A stretch of DNA of 59,517 nt from the NCBI GenBank assembly GCA_964576115.1, contig CAZNUA010000021.1, positions 1 to 59,517 on the forward strand, given 5' to 3'. Origin of the DNA: an uncultured Gemmatimonadota bacterium. GTDB lineage: Bacteria > Blakebacterota > Blakebacteria > Blakebacterales > Blakebacteraceae. A model generated the notes under the pieces. The model was not told the DNA's origin. It searched no databases and saw nothing but the letters and a program-made list of their open reading frames with translations. A program made the position numbers and the translations under genes. The stretch's first letter is position 1; each line of letters opens with the position of its first letter. Positions 17,557-28,400 of the stretch are shown here, piece by piece.

Positions 17557-20093
17557 TTTTCCGCTCCCGCTCCGTTCATGACGACATCACCCCGCTCCAG
17601 ACTCCAGTCGGGTCCGAAGAAACCGATCGCCCGCACGGCCTCCGAACCCGCCCTGAGCATGTCGGCGCCAAAGATCAGCAGGTCGGGAAAGCCCGCGCCC
17701 GAGACGAAATACTGCCCCGCCCCGGCCGTGATCCGCCCCGCCCGCCCCGTCCAGGCTACGGCGCCGACCGAAGCCGTATCGCTGTCGGGACGTGGCCGGA
17801 TGACATAGCAGCCCAGATCGTCGCCCCGGTACTCCCGTTCGCCGACTGCAATCACCCCCCGGCGCACCTGGACCGGACTACCGCCCAGCAGGGTCCGCCA
17901 GTGGGCGTTGGTGTCTGCACGGCCGTAGAGGACGACGTTGCGGTCGGGATCGGAGCCCGGGTCGAAATCGACATCGGCCACCACATCAATCCCGCCATTA
18001 CCTCGGTACCAGAACATCTCGGCATCAAAGCGCGCTTTGGCGAAGGCTGCCCGGTCTTCCTCGCGACTGCCCCCGGTGCCGTAGACCAGCACCACCCGGT
18101 TGCGGAAGGCATCCTTGAACGTCCCCGCCCGTCCGGGCCGCTTGTATCCGGCGGGGGGCGCATCGCAGGTACGCCAGAGGGCCCCGTTCCGTTCGAGATA
18201 GAGGGTTTCGGTGGCCTGCGTCACCCTGCAGGACAGTTCGGTTCCGTCCAGTTCGATACGAACGGTATCCCCCGTCGCAACGGCGTGAAGAGCGAGTGAC
18301 ATCACGGCGACATTGTCGGTGGTGCCGGAGTACTCCCTGCCGTCCTCGCTACGCTCGATCGTCACCCTGCTGATCTCGAGCGGGTGAAGCTGGGTATGGA
18401 TGGTGAGCCAGTGAGAGCGGGCGGAGATTCCCGGATCAGCGGTTCTGAACTCGATCGTGAGGACGTCATCGTCTCCGGGACGTTCGTGCCAGCGGAAAAA
18501 AGCGAACAGCGGGGGCCAGTCGACGCACTCGTCCCCCCACCAGTGCTCGGCCCCGGGCCTCTCGTAGTAGCTGAAATCGGCGTGAAAGCCGGCCAGCAGC
18601 TCGCGCATGAATCGGGCTTCGCTCACCGGCACGTTCCGGTCGCGCTCGCCGTGCAGGATATAGACGCCGTGATGCAGGTAGTTGCGCGCCAGTGCCTCGG
18701 TGCGGCCGGGACTGGCGGCCCGCTCCAGCATCGCTTCGACCGGTGTCGGATCCTCATACCGCATGCCGCCGCCATAAGAAGAGAAACTGCGCCAGCCCGC
18801 GCTCGGTCCGATGGCGGCCCAGCGGTCGGGGAAAGTCACGCCCAGATGCCAGGTGCCGTGGCCCCCCATCGAATGACCGGTCAGATAGGTATGAGCCGGG
18901 TCGGTGCCGAAGAGTCGTTCGGCCTCGGCCAGGACTTCGAGGGCGTCGAGGCGGCCCCAGTCCTCCCAGTCGAAACCGTAGGGACGCCGGTTGGTGGCGG
19001 CCACGACCCAGCCCCACGACTTGGGATCGTAGGCCCGGGCCTGACCGATCGCCTCGACTCCGGCGCCGTGCACGGTCAGGAACAGGGCCGGCCGGTTCCC
19101 CTCGCCCGGTGTCTTGTCCCCCGTCCAGGGGGCCACACCGTAGTACTGAACGCTGCCGTCGATGGCGCTCACAAAGGTCCGGGAGTGGTGCGCATTCGGC
19201 TCGACCGCTTCCAGTGCGAAAGTGAACAGTGGAATCTCATCCCAGCGTCGGCCGCTGCGGCAGCGGGCTTCCAGCGTGATCTCGACCGGGCCCGGTTCGG
19301 CCGGTGGCTCGAACTCGAAAGGCACGGCCATCTTGCGGGTCATGAGCGGCGGCACACCCCCGACCGGGATCCACTCATCGCTCTTCGCCCCTGCCGCGAG
19401 CCGGACCTCGACCGATTCGAGCCGGCGGTCGGTGGTGTTGACCAGGCGCAATCCGGCCCAGATCCGGCCCGGTTCTCCGATAACCAGGTCGGGCAGAGTC
19501 ATATCCGAATCAGTGAAGAAGACCGGGGCGGGCGGGGTGAAGAAGCGGGCCCGCAGACGGCCCCGTTCGACCCGGAAGAGAAAGGTGTTCCGGCCCGGCG
19601 CGAGCCTGACCGGATGGCGAACCCAGTCATAACCGTATTTTTCGCCTCCCCTCGGCTCGCCGTTGACATAGACGACATAGTGACCGGCAGCCTCGAGTAC
19701 CATCGTCCGCTCTGTCTCCGAATCCACCACCGCCCAGATCCAGCCGCCCCGCAGGGCCCGGTGCTGCAGCCACCCCTCCTCGTTGGCCGCGACTTCGCTC
19801 CAGACCTGTTCCCGGCCTCGCTCATCGGTACCGAACACCTCACCAGCCGCCGGTTCGACGAAGGTCCCGGTCGCCAGCTGATGGACGAGCAGATCGGTGT
19901 AGATCGCCGAGCGCCCGTAGGAACCGATCAGACCGACTGCTAATCCCCCGGCCAGGATAAATTCATCTGTCCCGGCCTCGATTTTGAGAACCGGAGCGGA
20001 CTGGGCCGGTACAGCCGGAGGAGCCAGGTTGCACAACAGAACGATCAAGGCTATGAGGCTTCCGACACGCCGGAGGGAAGGAACGGGGTGCAT
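17553..20093 (-). CDS. secreted alpha/beta hydrolase (S9-like peptidase/esterase)
   Basis: Signal peptide; LTVHGAG, YLTGHSMGGHG nucleophile motif, LHGERDRNVP, EHWW; AAGGAG RBS before ATG 20093. Confidence 0.85.
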   Translation of the reverse strand: MHPVPSLRRVGSLIALIVLLCNLAPPAVPAQSAPVLKIEAGTDEFILAGGLAVGLIGSYGRSAIYTDLLVHQLATGTFVEPAAGEVFGTDERGREQVWSEVAANEEGWLQHRALRGGWIWAVVDSETERTMVLEAAGHYVVYVNGEPRGGEKYGYDWVRHPVRLAPGRNTFLFRVERGRLRARFFTPPAPVFFTDSDMTLPDLVIGEPGRIWAGLRLVNTTDRRLESVEVRLAAGAKSDEWIPVGGVPPLMTRKMAVPFEFEPPAEPGPVEITLEARCRSGRRWDEIPLFTFALEAVEPNAHHSRTFVSAIDGSVQYYGVAPWTGDKTPGEGNRPALFLTVHGAGVEAIGQARAYDPKSWGWVVAATNRRPYGFDWEDWGRLDALEVLAEAERLFGTDPAHTYLTGHSMGGHGTWHLGVTFPDRWAAIGPSAGWRSFSSYGGGMRYEDPTPVEAMLERAASPGRTEALARNYLHHGVYILHGERDRNVPVSEARFMRELLAGFHADFSYYERPGAEHWWGDECVDWPPLFAFFRWHERPGDDDVLTIEFRTADPGISARSHWLTIHTQLHPLEISRVTIERSEDGREYSGTTDNVAVMSLALHAVATGDTVRIELDGTELSCRVTQATETLYLERNGALWRTCDAPPAGYKRPGRAGTFKDAFRNRVVLVYGTGGSREEDRAAFAKARFDAEMFWYRGNGGIDVVADVDFDPGSDPDRNVVLYGRADTNAHWRTLLGGSPVQVRRGVIAVGEREYRGDDLGCYVIRPRPDSDTASVGAVAWTGRAGRITAGAGQYFVSGAGFPDLLIFGADMLRAGSEAVRAIGFFGPDWSLERGDVVMNGAGAEK

Positions 20094-20313
20094 CAGGTCA
20101 TTCTCCTTGCGGGGGACCATGGGCTCCGACCGGAGTATCGGTCACTCCCGGGACGGGCACAACCATCAGCAACGGTTATGGGAGGACCTTGGTACCTGAC
20201 CGTATGCGAGAACCACTCGCTCTCAGGTGAGGGATATTTCGATCTGCCAAAGGGGAGAATCCGCTGGAGTGTGTTCCGCGCCGGTGATGAGGAAAGTAGA
20301 TACCCTGAGCCGG

Positions 20314-20763
20314 TCAGTTCTTTCCGTTCGACTCCATTTCGACCTCGTTCTTGAGATCGATCAGCCAGCCTTCGAGGCTGGTTTCGAGTTTGCGGAGCGC
20401 CCCGCCCTTCATGAGACCGACCATCATACCTTCGAGGGATTCCTCGGTCTTGAGAACGACCCCCTCGCCGTTCGGTTCGATGGTCCAGGCATGGATCGCC
20501 GAGGCACCGCCGGCTTTGCCGCTCCAGACAATGCGCCGGTTGGGCTCGAGTTCGCGGATCGTGGAGGTGATTTTCGTGCCGCGCGACTTCCAGTTGAAGA
20601 CGGCTCCGACCGCCAGCTCACCCTCGAGTTTCGACTCCGACACGTCGGGATGCCAGTGCTTCCAGCCGGTGATGTTGGTGTGGATTCTCCACACTTCTTC
20701 GGCGGTCGCCCTGATCTTGATCTCCTTGCACACCACTACCGGCGCGCTTGTGTTGATCTCCAC
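20314..20763 (-). CDS. SRPBCC (polyketide cyclase/dehydrase-like) protein
   Basis: GTG after AGGAGG; IKIRATAEEVW..HTNITGWKHWHP, GAVFNWK, IVWSG, HAWTIE. Confidence 0.85.
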   Translation of the reverse strand: MEINTSAPVVVCKEIKIRATAEEVWRIHTNITGWKHWHPDVSESKLEGELAVGAVFNWKSRGTKITSTIRELEPNRRIVWSGKAGGASAIHAWTIEPNGEGVVLKTEESLEGMMVGLMKGGALRKLETSLEGWLIDLKNEVEMESNGKN

Positions 20764-20956
20764 TGTGCCCTCCTGCTGACCGGCCCCAAGCCGGTTGCTC
20801 TCACGTCCGTATCCGCTTCGATCCGTACCGACCGGATCTGGTGTTGTATACCTCACACTACTACTGACGGGTCGAGATTGTTTCACGTTGTCTGGAAAGA
20901 AAACGTCTTTTCAGCAAAAAAGTTACGTGTAACCGTCCTGAAGCACCGCAGAAGAA

Positions 20957-23900
20957 TTACAGCGGTACCGGTACCCGCCGGCCGGCCGAAAGAGCCCAGA
21001 TCTCGGCCGTGACCCGATGACCGGCAGCCTTGCCCAGCAAAGCCGCATAGGCCGTGAGTTGATCGGCATAGTGATCTATCAGAACGTCGTCCGACGCTGT
21101 CCCTGTCTTGTAGTCGACCACTCTCACGTCACCGTCGTCGGCCTGCAGAACGAGATCGGCGGTGCCGGTCAGAACTCTCGTGCCGGCCGGCACCGTATCG
21201 GGCAGTTCGGCGGCGGGATCGGCCATGAGAAGCGGCCACTCGGCGCCCGCGATCCGCCATCCTTCCGTACGAACCTCTTCGAGCAGGGCGACCCCCTGTT
21301 CTACGAGTCCGACCAGTTCCTCCCTCATTGCCGGCGGATCGCCCGGAACCCACACTGCCCGGCAGGCTTCATCGACCGGATACGCGAAGGCGACCACGAG
21401 TTCCATGGCTTCGTGCACCCGGGTGCCCCGCAGCCGGGCATACCGCGAACCGCGTATCTCTTCGGGTACAGTCGCTTGCTGTCCTTCCCCCCTCTCCTCC
21501 CCCCGCCCTCCGGCTTCGCGACGGGGATAGCGGATCCCGAAACCGTTGAGACGCGAGGCGCGGAGCATAATCGGCCGCCGGGCTTCGGCGATCCCTGCCT
21601 GCCAGGCCGCCAGCGCGTCATTGCGGCTGTCCAGAGCGGCCGCAATCTCCTCGGGGGCGGGCTCGCTGAAAGTGCGGGGAAGCCGGTGAAGCCGTCCGGT
21701 ACGCTCCTCGACCGGCCCCGGTGTCACCCACACCGCCAGCGGTCGGGCCTGCTGAACCGGCCCGCCTGCCGGGGACCGAGCAGTCTCGCCGGAATCCGCC
21801 AGACCGCGCACAACCTGCTCGAGCGGAGCCAAAAATGCTTTCTCCGGTACGGTCGCCGAGCGGGGCGAGGCGAGCACAACGTGATCACGGGCCCGGGTAA
21901 AAGCGACATAGAGCAGGCGGCGGGCTTCCTCGTCCTGTCGAACCCGCTCCGCTTCCCTGCGTTCCTCCCATTCGAGGGGCTCCAATCCGGGAGTCGACAG
22001 GTGAACCACGCCTTGCTCCCGATCGGGAATCGCCCGATCGCGGAACGTGGCTGTGTAGGCCCGATCCAGGATCGCCACGACGGGGAATTCGAGGCCCTTG
22101 GCGGAATGGATGGTCATGATGGTAACGGCCTCGTCTCCTTCTCCGGCCGGAACGGACTCTTCTTCTGCTGCCGCCTGACGCTGTTCTTCGAGCCAGGCGA
22201 CGAACCCCGCCAATCCCGGGGGCCCTGACGTCTCGGCGATTCCCAGGGCGGCTTCTTCCCAGGCCAACGCCATATCGAGGAGCTTGAGCAGGTTCGCCAT
22301 TCGACGCTCGCCGTCGGGTTTGAGGGCGTGCAGGGGAATGACCCGGGTGAGATCGTACAGGTGCCTGACCACCCCCGAGGGGGGGAGCGAGACCGCTTCG
22401 GCATGCAGGGTCGCCAGGATTGCGAAGGCCCGCTCCAGATCGCCCTGCTCCGCATTGCCTTTCGATACGGCCGAATCCGCGTCGCCGACCGGGTCCAGAT
22501 AGCAGAAGGGACGACCGGCGGCGGCGTGCCGCACCAGGGTTTCGTCGCTGATTCCGAAACAGGGCGAGCGGACCGCACCCACGACCGCGACACCGTCGCC
22601 CGGGTCGGCGATCGCACGCAGAACCGGCAGGGTCTGGGCGATCTCGAGACGCTGGAAAAAGGCCCGTCCCCCGGCGACCCGGTAGGGTATGCCGCAGGCC
22701 TCGAGTTCGTCCTCGATGACCGGAATACCGGTATAGGTCCGTACCAGGACGGTCATATCGGCCCAGGTGAGGGGCCGCAGTTCGCCCGAATCCGGATCGG
22801 CCACCATCCGGGGCTCTCCGCGCACGGCCTGCAGCCAGCCCGCCAGAGCCCGGGCCTCGGCTCGTCTGACGGTTCCGGTCGACACCTTCTCGTCCTGACC
22901 GGCCGTCAGTTCGGCCAGAACGGGATCGAGATCGAGCAGAGTGACCGCCGCTCCGTCCGGATCGCCGGTCCGGTGCGGCTCGAGCGGGCTGTACGCGTCT
23001 GCCGGCAACAGGTCTGCGAAAATTCTGTTGGCCGCGGCCACCAGGGCGGGCGAGGAGCGGAAACAGACCCCCAGGCGGGCCTCTTCACCGGTCGCGAGAA
23101 CCCTGTCGCGAGCCCGGGCGAAGACATCCAGGTCGGCTCTGCGGAAGCGGTAGATGCTCTGGTTGACGTCTCCGACGATGAAGAGCCGGCCGGGTGCCGG
23201 CGGTGCATCCCCGGTCCCTTCGGCCTCTGGATCGCGGGCCAGGTTCAGAACGATCTCGACCTGGACCGGATCGGTATCCTGAAACTCGTCGATCAGGATC
23301 CGGTCGATCCCGCGGCGGATGCTTCGGGCGGAACCGGGCTGCCGGAGCAGATCCCGGGTCCTCAGCAACAGATCGTCGAAATCGAGCGCGCCCATTTCCC
23401 TTTTACACCGGGCATAATCGTCCAGCACCTCGCCGGCCAGGTCGAGCAGGTGACCGAACTGCCGGGCGCGATATTCGGCCAGAGCCCGATCGCGGCTCTC
23501 GTGTATGTCGCTCCAGGCCGCCTTGAGTTCGTCAAGAACGGCCGCCGAGGGCCAGTTTTTCCTGGCTCCTACCCGGCGATGAATGACCAGGCTATCCAGG
23601 AGCAGGGCCAGGTCGTGGTCATCCGCCGGCCGGTACGAGCCGGCCGCGGCTGCGAGCACGTCCCGGGCCTGCCGCACCAGAGTATCCTCCGGCGCCGTAT
23701 CGGCTGCGCCGGCGATAATCCGGCGCGCCGTCTCGCACACCCGGTCCAGAATCGCCGCGAGGGATTCGACCGGTTCGACGGGCCCGGCGGGCTCGAGATC
23801 GGGGAAACGCCGCCTGGCCCGCACCAGTTCGCGCAGATCGGAGGTCCGGCCTCCGGCCAGCAGAATCCCCTCGAGGGTCTCCGCATCGGAACGTTGTATC

Positions 23901-24355
23901 CGGTCTATGTGCTCGCGCAGGACGGTTTCGAGCAACAGCTCGGCCTCCAGAGCGTCAAGGGTCCGAAAACCCGGACTGACCCCCGCCTCGATCGGCCGAC
24001 CGCTCAACAGGGAGCGGCAATAGCCATGGATGGTTGTCAGCGGTGCCAGATCCACGATCTCACGGGCCGCCCGGCGCCGCCCGGCGATTTCTTCACCCTC
24101 CTCGTCCGGTTCCCTGTCAAGTTCGCGCCGCACCCGCTCTCGCAGCTCGGAAGCCGCCTTCTCGGTGAAGGTGATGGCCACGATCCTGTCGAGTGGAATC
24201 CCGGCGTCGACGAGTCCGGCGATCCGGTCGACCAGAACCCGGGTCTTTCCCGAACCGGCCCCGGCTCCGACCGCGAAGCCGGTCGCCAGATCGGTTGTGA
24301 GCCGCTCGCGGACCGCCTGGTCGCCGGGCGTCGTTTCCCGGTCTGGCCCGTTCAT
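20957..24355 (-). CDS. addA: AddA-like UvrD helicase-nuclease
   Basis: AGAGSGKT, ITFTEKAA, TIHGYC, IDEFQDTDPVQ, VGDVNQSIYRFR, MTIHSAKGLEFP, LYVAFTRARD, C-terminal GTADLV..VVDYKTG. Confidence 0.9.
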   Translation of the reverse strand: MNGPDRETTPGDQAVRERLTTDLATGFAVGAGAGSGKTRVLVDRIAGLVDAGIPLDRIVAITFTEKAASELRERVRRELDREPDEEGEEIAGRRRAAREIVDLAPLTTIHGYCRSLLSGRPIEAGVSPGFRTLDALEAELLLETVLREHIDRIQRSDAETLEGILLAGGRTSDLRELVRARRRFPDLEPAGPVEPVESLAAILDRVCETARRIIAGAADTAPEDTLVRQARDVLAAAAGSYRPADDHDLALLLDSLVIHRRVGARKNWPSAAVLDELKAAWSDIHESRDRALAEYRARQFGHLLDLAGEVLDDYARCKREMGALDFDDLLLRTRDLLRQPGSARSIRRGIDRILIDEFQDTDPVQVEIVLNLARDPEAEGTGDAPPAPGRLFIVGDVNQSIYRFRRADLDVFARARDRVLATGEEARLGVCFRSSPALVAAANRIFADLLPADAYSPLEPHRTGDPDGAAVTLLDLDPVLAELTAGQDEKVSTGTVRRAEARALAGWLQAVRGEPRMVADPDSGELRPLTWADMTVLVRTYTGIPVIEDELEACGIPYRVAGGRAFFQRLEIAQTLPVLRAIADPGDGVAVVGAVRSPCFGISDETLVRHAAAGRPFCYLDPVGDADSAVSKGNAEQGDLERAFAILATLHAEAVSLPPSGVVRHLYDLTRVIPLHALKPDGERRMANLLKLLDMALAWEEAALGIAETSGPPGLAGFVAWLEEQRQAAAEEESVPAGEGDEAVTIMTIHSAKGLEFPVVAILDRAYTATFRDRAIPDREQGVVHLSTPGLEPLEWEERREAERVRQDEEARRLLYVAFTRARDHVVLASPRSATVPEKAFLAPLEQVVRGLADSGETARSPAGGPVQQARPLAVWVTPGPVEERTGRLHRLPRTFSEPAPEEIAAALDSRNDALAAWQAGIAEARRPIMLRASRLNGFGIRYPRREAGGRGEERGEGQQATVPEEIRGSRYARLRGTRVHEAMELVVAFAYPVDEACRAVWVPGDPPAMREELVGLVEQGVALLEEVRTEGWRIAGAEWPLLMADPAAELPDTVPAGTRVLTGTADLVLQADDGDVRVVDYKTGTASDDVLIDHYADQLTAYAALLGKAAGHRVTAEIWALSAGRRVPVPL

Positions 24356-27300
24356 GTCTCGTTCTCCGGTGCCGTGCGCATGCTCGATCGGACCCGATTG
24401 AGGGGATGCAGGCGGTCGTGGCGCAGATGCCGGACCGATTCGGCGATATGCCAGGCCCGGCAGATCGAGGGAGTGGGACAGCCGGTGCAGAGTCCGGTCC
24501 GGCTGTCGGTGCCTTTTTCGTGCGGCAGACGCAGGAATACCCCCGACTCGATCGACGCGATCAGGTCGTCGATCAAAACCCCGAGACGGGTCTCCCCCGG
24601 ACCGATCAGGGTGCCAGGCCAGGTAACCGCTTTGGGATCGCCGCGGGGAGTACGGGGATCGAGTTGCAGGAAGACTCCCCCGGCAATTTCGCCGACACCG
24701 TCCCCGCTGCCCGGGCCCGAACCGGCGAAGTGCTCCCGGGCCGCCAGCAGGTAGAGGAGCATCTGCAGCTGCAGACCGCCGACCAGATCCCCGGCTTCGG
24801 GTGGGCGGGCAGCGCCGGTCTTGTAGTCGAGGATACGCAGACGTCCGCCGGCATCTCGATCGACCCGGTCCCAGCGCCCCTGCAGGAACAGATGCCGTCC
24901 GGCGACGGGCAGGGGAATTTCGAACTTCTCTTCACAGGCCACGACCTCCCAACCGGCGGCGGCCGGCGCCTCGAGCGTCACCTGATGTCCGGACGGCGGC
25001 GCCCGATCGGATTGCGCGCCGGCTTCCCATTTGAGCCAGGCTCCGAGACGGGCCAGCACCCGCCGTGTGTCGGCTCGCTCGAAAGCTGGAGAGGAACCTC
25101 CCCGGCGCCGGTAAGCCCGCCTCACTTCCCGCGCGGCGAACTCCTCCAGAGCGGCATTTCCTTCCGTCAGGGCATCGGGTGGCGGAGGCCACGCCTGTGT
25201 CTCGTCTGCGCGGGTGACGAAACGCTGCAGTACGTCATGCAGCACGCTGCCCGTCTCGGCGCCGTCCAAAAGTCCGGTCGGCTCCTCGTCCTCTTCTTTG
25301 AGTCCGAGCACCCGTTTCACGAAAATTTTCCATGGGCAGGCCGCGTATTCCTGAAGCAGGGTGGCCGAAACGCGGCCGCCTTCGGCCAGACCGAGACGTT
25401 CCAGGGCCTGCCTGCGCACGTTCGGGTCGATCAGGCAGCCCGACCAGGGCCCCGGCTCACCTTCCCAGCGGCTGCGCTCGGCCCGCCAGCCAGCCGCGAA
25501 GGTCGGCGCACCCCAGAGCACGGGCAGCATCGCGGCCCCGTTATGCAACCCGCCCGTATCCTCCCCCGCCCCGGCAGCGAGGGCCGCTCCGGCTGCGGCC
25601 AGATCGCGGTCGAACTCGCCGAGCAGAGGCTCGCCCGGTCGCAGGCGTATATCGCCCAGGGTACGTGAATCGCGCGCTGCATACCGTTCCGGATCTTCGC
25701 TCTCGCCCGACAGGTCCCCGCTCGTGCGCAGCAGATCGCGCACGAAGGGACTCATCCGGCGCGTTCGCCCCGCTTCATCGAGCCGGGGATACAGCAGTAC
25801 CACCCGGCGACCGCTCTCGAGCAGAAGCCTGAAGAGTAGCTTTTCCTCCAGCATCCGCCGGCGCTGGGTGGCCAGCAGCCACCTGCGCTCCCCCGCCAGT
25901 TCGCGTCGGTCCTCGTCGAGCAGAAGCGGATCGGGTCCGGGACGCGAGGGAATCGTACCCTCGCCCAGACCGAGAGCAATGACCACGTCCCAGGAGCCGC
26001 CCCTGATCTCCATGACACTGGCCAGCTCAACCGGTTCGGCCCCCGCGGCCGTACCCCGGGCGTACCCCGAAGCGTGCCGGAGCCGACCGATGATCCAGAG
26101 CAGATCGCCGCTCCGGTACTCCTTTCCCAGGGCCTCCACCGGTCTCACCTGGTCAATCAGCTCGAGCAGGGTTTCGGTCTGATCGGAGGTGAGCCGGGGC
26201 AGAATGGCGTCGGCCAGGTTTTCGAGGCGCCGTACCGCTCCTCCCCCTTCAGCCAGGATCGCACTCAGGGGTAACAGCTCGTCGATCAGATCGGCCGCCT
26301 CCCGCAGGATCAGAGCCTTCGATTCATCACCGGCTTCCAGTTCCACCGCCCGGTCCCGCATGCTCCCTCCCCAGGCGGCGAGCGATCCGGACGGCCAGCG
26401 TCCGAGGCCGCGAACCGCACCCGGCAGGGGCAGCAGGGGCCGGTCGAGCAGGAGGGCGGCGCTCTGCAGCAGATCAAAGAGCGTGCCGGCTTCGATCTCG
26501 CCTTCGGCACCGAGGGCCAGGGATCGCAGGAAACCCGTCAGCAGGGCGGCCTCTCGTTTCGGCACACCGAAACCGGCCGAGTCCGCCTGCTCGCAGAGCG
26601 ATCCGCGATAGGTTTCGGGAGCAAAGGCGGTAACGATCGTTTCCTCCCTCCGCCGACCTCCCCGCCAGGCCAGGGCCAGCAACCGCAGAGCGGCATCGAC
26701 CTCCCGCCCGCGGCCGGGGTGGGAGGCGACCGTCACGCTGCGACCCGGTCCGGGGGGCGGTCCCGGTTCACCCCCGCTGCGATCCGCATCGCGAGCCAGG
26801 TCGGACCAGAGCTCACCGAGAGAGAGCAGCGTCGGCGGCTCGAGGTCATCGGCACCGGTGAGCCGTTCTTCCGCCCGCTCCCGCCACCCGGCGAGCAGCT
26901 CTGATGAATAGATCTCTGTCTCGGGATACCAGGGGACCGCAATCACGGTCTCGAGAGCGTTACTCAGGGCCTCGATGAGTTCGGCCTGGCTGCCGGTCAG
27001 ATCGTAGAAACCGTAGCCGATGAAGAGTCGGGCCGGCAGGCCGAGCCCGTTCCGTACCGCTTCGGCCGCCCGGCGCAGGGCGGCTTCGGAGTCGGGTACC
27101 GCGAGACGATCGAAAGCCTCCGTGGCGGCGTCGTGCAGACCGGCCAGGGATTCGAGCCTCGACCGTGCCCGGCCCCGGCGTCGAGCGGCCAGATCTCTGA
27201 GCGCCTCGGCGTCGATCCCCGCCTCGCGCAGATCGCACAGGGTCTTGATTGCGGCCTGTTCGAAGGCCGGCGTGCGCAGGGTATCGGTCTCGAGGATCTG

Positions 27301-27630
27301 CGCCAGCCGGGGCAGTTCGTCGGCGATGACCCGGTGGAGCAACAGATCGCGCGCCAGGCGGTCGAGTATGGTCCCCGAACCGGTTCGTCCGAACAGCAGG
27401 ATACGACGGGTGAGTTCGGAGAACTGCATCACCCGAACGCCCTGGACCGCTCCGAGCGAACGGGCCAGGTGTCCCTGCAGGTGACGGGCCAGGCGGGGAC
27501 CGGCGGCGAGCAGCCAGCATTCCTTGCACGGGCTTGCCCCCTCCCCGTTCAAACCCGTTTCCCGCACCCGATCCGTCAGCGTCTTTTCCAGGAAGTGCCA
27601 CGGACCTTCTGCCAGCACACGGATTCCCAT
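24352..27630 (-). CDS. addB: AddB-like PD-(D/E)XK nuclease with 4Fe-4S staple
   Basis: SATLLQEYAACPW, GSVLHDVL, GRWDRVD..ILDYKTG, LQMLLY, CTGCPTPSIC; ATGA overlap with addA. Confidence 0.85.
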   Translation of the reverse strand: MGIRVLAEGPWHFLEKTLTDRVRETGLNGEGASPCKECWLLAAGPRLARHLQGHLARSLGAVQGVRVMQFSELTRRILLFGRTGSGTILDRLARDLLLHRVIADELPRLAQILETDTLRTPAFEQAAIKTLCDLREAGIDAEALRDLAARRRGRARSRLESLAGLHDAATEAFDRLAVPDSEAALRRAAEAVRNGLGLPARLFIGYGFYDLTGSQAELIEALSNALETVIAVPWYPETEIYSSELLAGWRERAEERLTGADDLEPPTLLSLGELWSDLARDADRSGGEPGPPPGPGRSVTVASHPGRGREVDAALRLLALAWRGGRRREETIVTAFAPETYRGSLCEQADSAGFGVPKREAALLTGFLRSLALGAEGEIEAGTLFDLLQSAALLLDRPLLPLPGAVRGLGRWPSGSLAAWGGSMRDRAVELEAGDESKALILREAADLIDELLPLSAILAEGGGAVRRLENLADAILPRLTSDQTETLLELIDQVRPVEALGKEYRSGDLLWIIGRLRHASGYARGTAAGAEPVELASVMEIRGGSWDVVIALGLGEGTIPSRPGPDPLLLDEDRRELAGERRWLLATQRRRMLEEKLLFRLLLESGRRVVLLYPRLDEAGRTRRMSPFVRDLLRTSGDLSGESEDPERYAARDSRTLGDIRLRPGEPLLGEFDRDLAAAGAALAAGAGEDTGGLHNGAAMLPVLWGAPTFAAGWRAERSRWEGEPGPWSGCLIDPNVRRQALERLGLAEGGRVSATLLQEYAACPWKIFVKRVLGLKEEDEEPTGLLDGAETGSVLHDVLQRFVTRADETQAWPPPPDALTEGNAALEEFAAREVRRAYRRRGGSSPAFERADTRRVLARLGAWLKWEAGAQSDRAPPSGHQVTLEAPAAAGWEVVACEEKFEIPLPVAGRHLFLQGRWDRVDRDAGGRLRILDYKTGAARPPEAGDLVGGLQLQMLLYLLAAREHFAGSGPGSGDGVGEIAGGVFLQLDPRTPRGDPKAVTWPGTLIGPGETRLGVLIDDLIASIESGVFLRLPHEKGTDSRTGLCTGCPTPSICRAWHIAESVRHLRHDRLHPLNRVRSSMRTAPENET

Positions 27631-27735
27631 ATCAAACAAGGAACGCGACCGGTGCGACACCGGGCCCGAACGGAAACCGAAAAGGCCTGGCAGCCAACGC
27701 ATGCAGAGCCAGTATCAGGTCAGGAAAGGAAGCTC

Positions 27736-28353
27736 ATGAAACCTGTCTGCCACCTTCGGGCTCCGATTCTCGCAACCGCGCTGTTCTTCACGATCCCCCG
27801 TACCGCTTCCCTGCCCCAGGAGCCCCCCGATCCGCTTGCTCCCCTGCTCGACGAACTCCAGGAGATCCGGCGGCAGGCCGGTCTGGAGGCTCTCGAACGC
27901 CGGGTCTTCGACGAGATCAACCGGATTCGGCGCCGCAAGGGTCTGCGCCGCCTGCGCTGGCACGACGAACTGGCCGCCGTGTCCCGGGCTCACAGTGCCG
28001 ACATGGCCGACCGCTCCTATTTCGATCATTTCTCGCCCGAAGGCCGGAATCCCGCCGATCGGACCACTGCCGCCGGGATCGAGTTCGCACGTATCGCCGA
28101 GAACATCGAGTACAACCTCAACGCCCCCGATCCCGTTCTCAAAGCGGTCCAGGACTGGTGGGACTCGCCTGGGCACCGGGCCAACATCGTGGCAGCGGAG
28201 TTCTCCCACACCGGCGTCGGGTTGGCTGTCGATGCCGAGACGGGTCTGTATTTCACCCAGCTTTTCATGCGTCCGCCCGCTCCGGAACAAGATCGTTCCG
28301 GAGGAGGGAACGATGAAGATGCCGGTATTGCAGCCGGTATCGGGTATGAGTAG
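27736..28353 (+). CDS. CAP/SCP-domain protein
   Basis: INRIRRRKGL, AHSADMADRSYFDH, AENI, WWDSPGHRANI, YFTQLF. Confidence 0.92.
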   Translation: MKPVCHLRAPILATALFFTIPRTASLPQEPPDPLAPLLDELQEIRRQAGLEALERRVFDEINRIRRRKGLRRLRWHDELAAVSRAHSADMADRSYFDHFSPEGRNPADRTTAAGIEFARIAENIEYNLNAPDPVLKAVQDWWDSPGHRANIVAAEFSHTGVGLAVDAETGLYFTQLFMRPPAPEQDRSGGGNDEDAGIAAGIGYE

Positions 28354-28400
28354 ACTCCACCCCTGATGACCGGCCTGACACCCTGACACGGAGTAGAACC

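Noticed and set aside
20190-20270. Glycine riboswitch (CTCTCAGG)
   Set aside because: It is on the opposite strand to the flanking genes and the other aptamer elements are missing or out of order.
20922-20933. GTTAC-GT-GTAAC palindrome
   Set aside because: Short, single occurrence, with no candidate regulator.
22328-24754. Long antisense ORFs (also 4939-6387, 8450-10189, 18384-19943, 45659-47275)
   Set aside because: They are shadow frames of well-supported genes in high-GC DNA and contain no recognisable motifs.
24352-25400. Cas4-like nuclease or CRISPR locus
   Set aside because: The Fe-S nuclease is the C-terminus of a roughly 1090-aa protein coupled to addA; no repeat-spacer array or other cas genes were seen.
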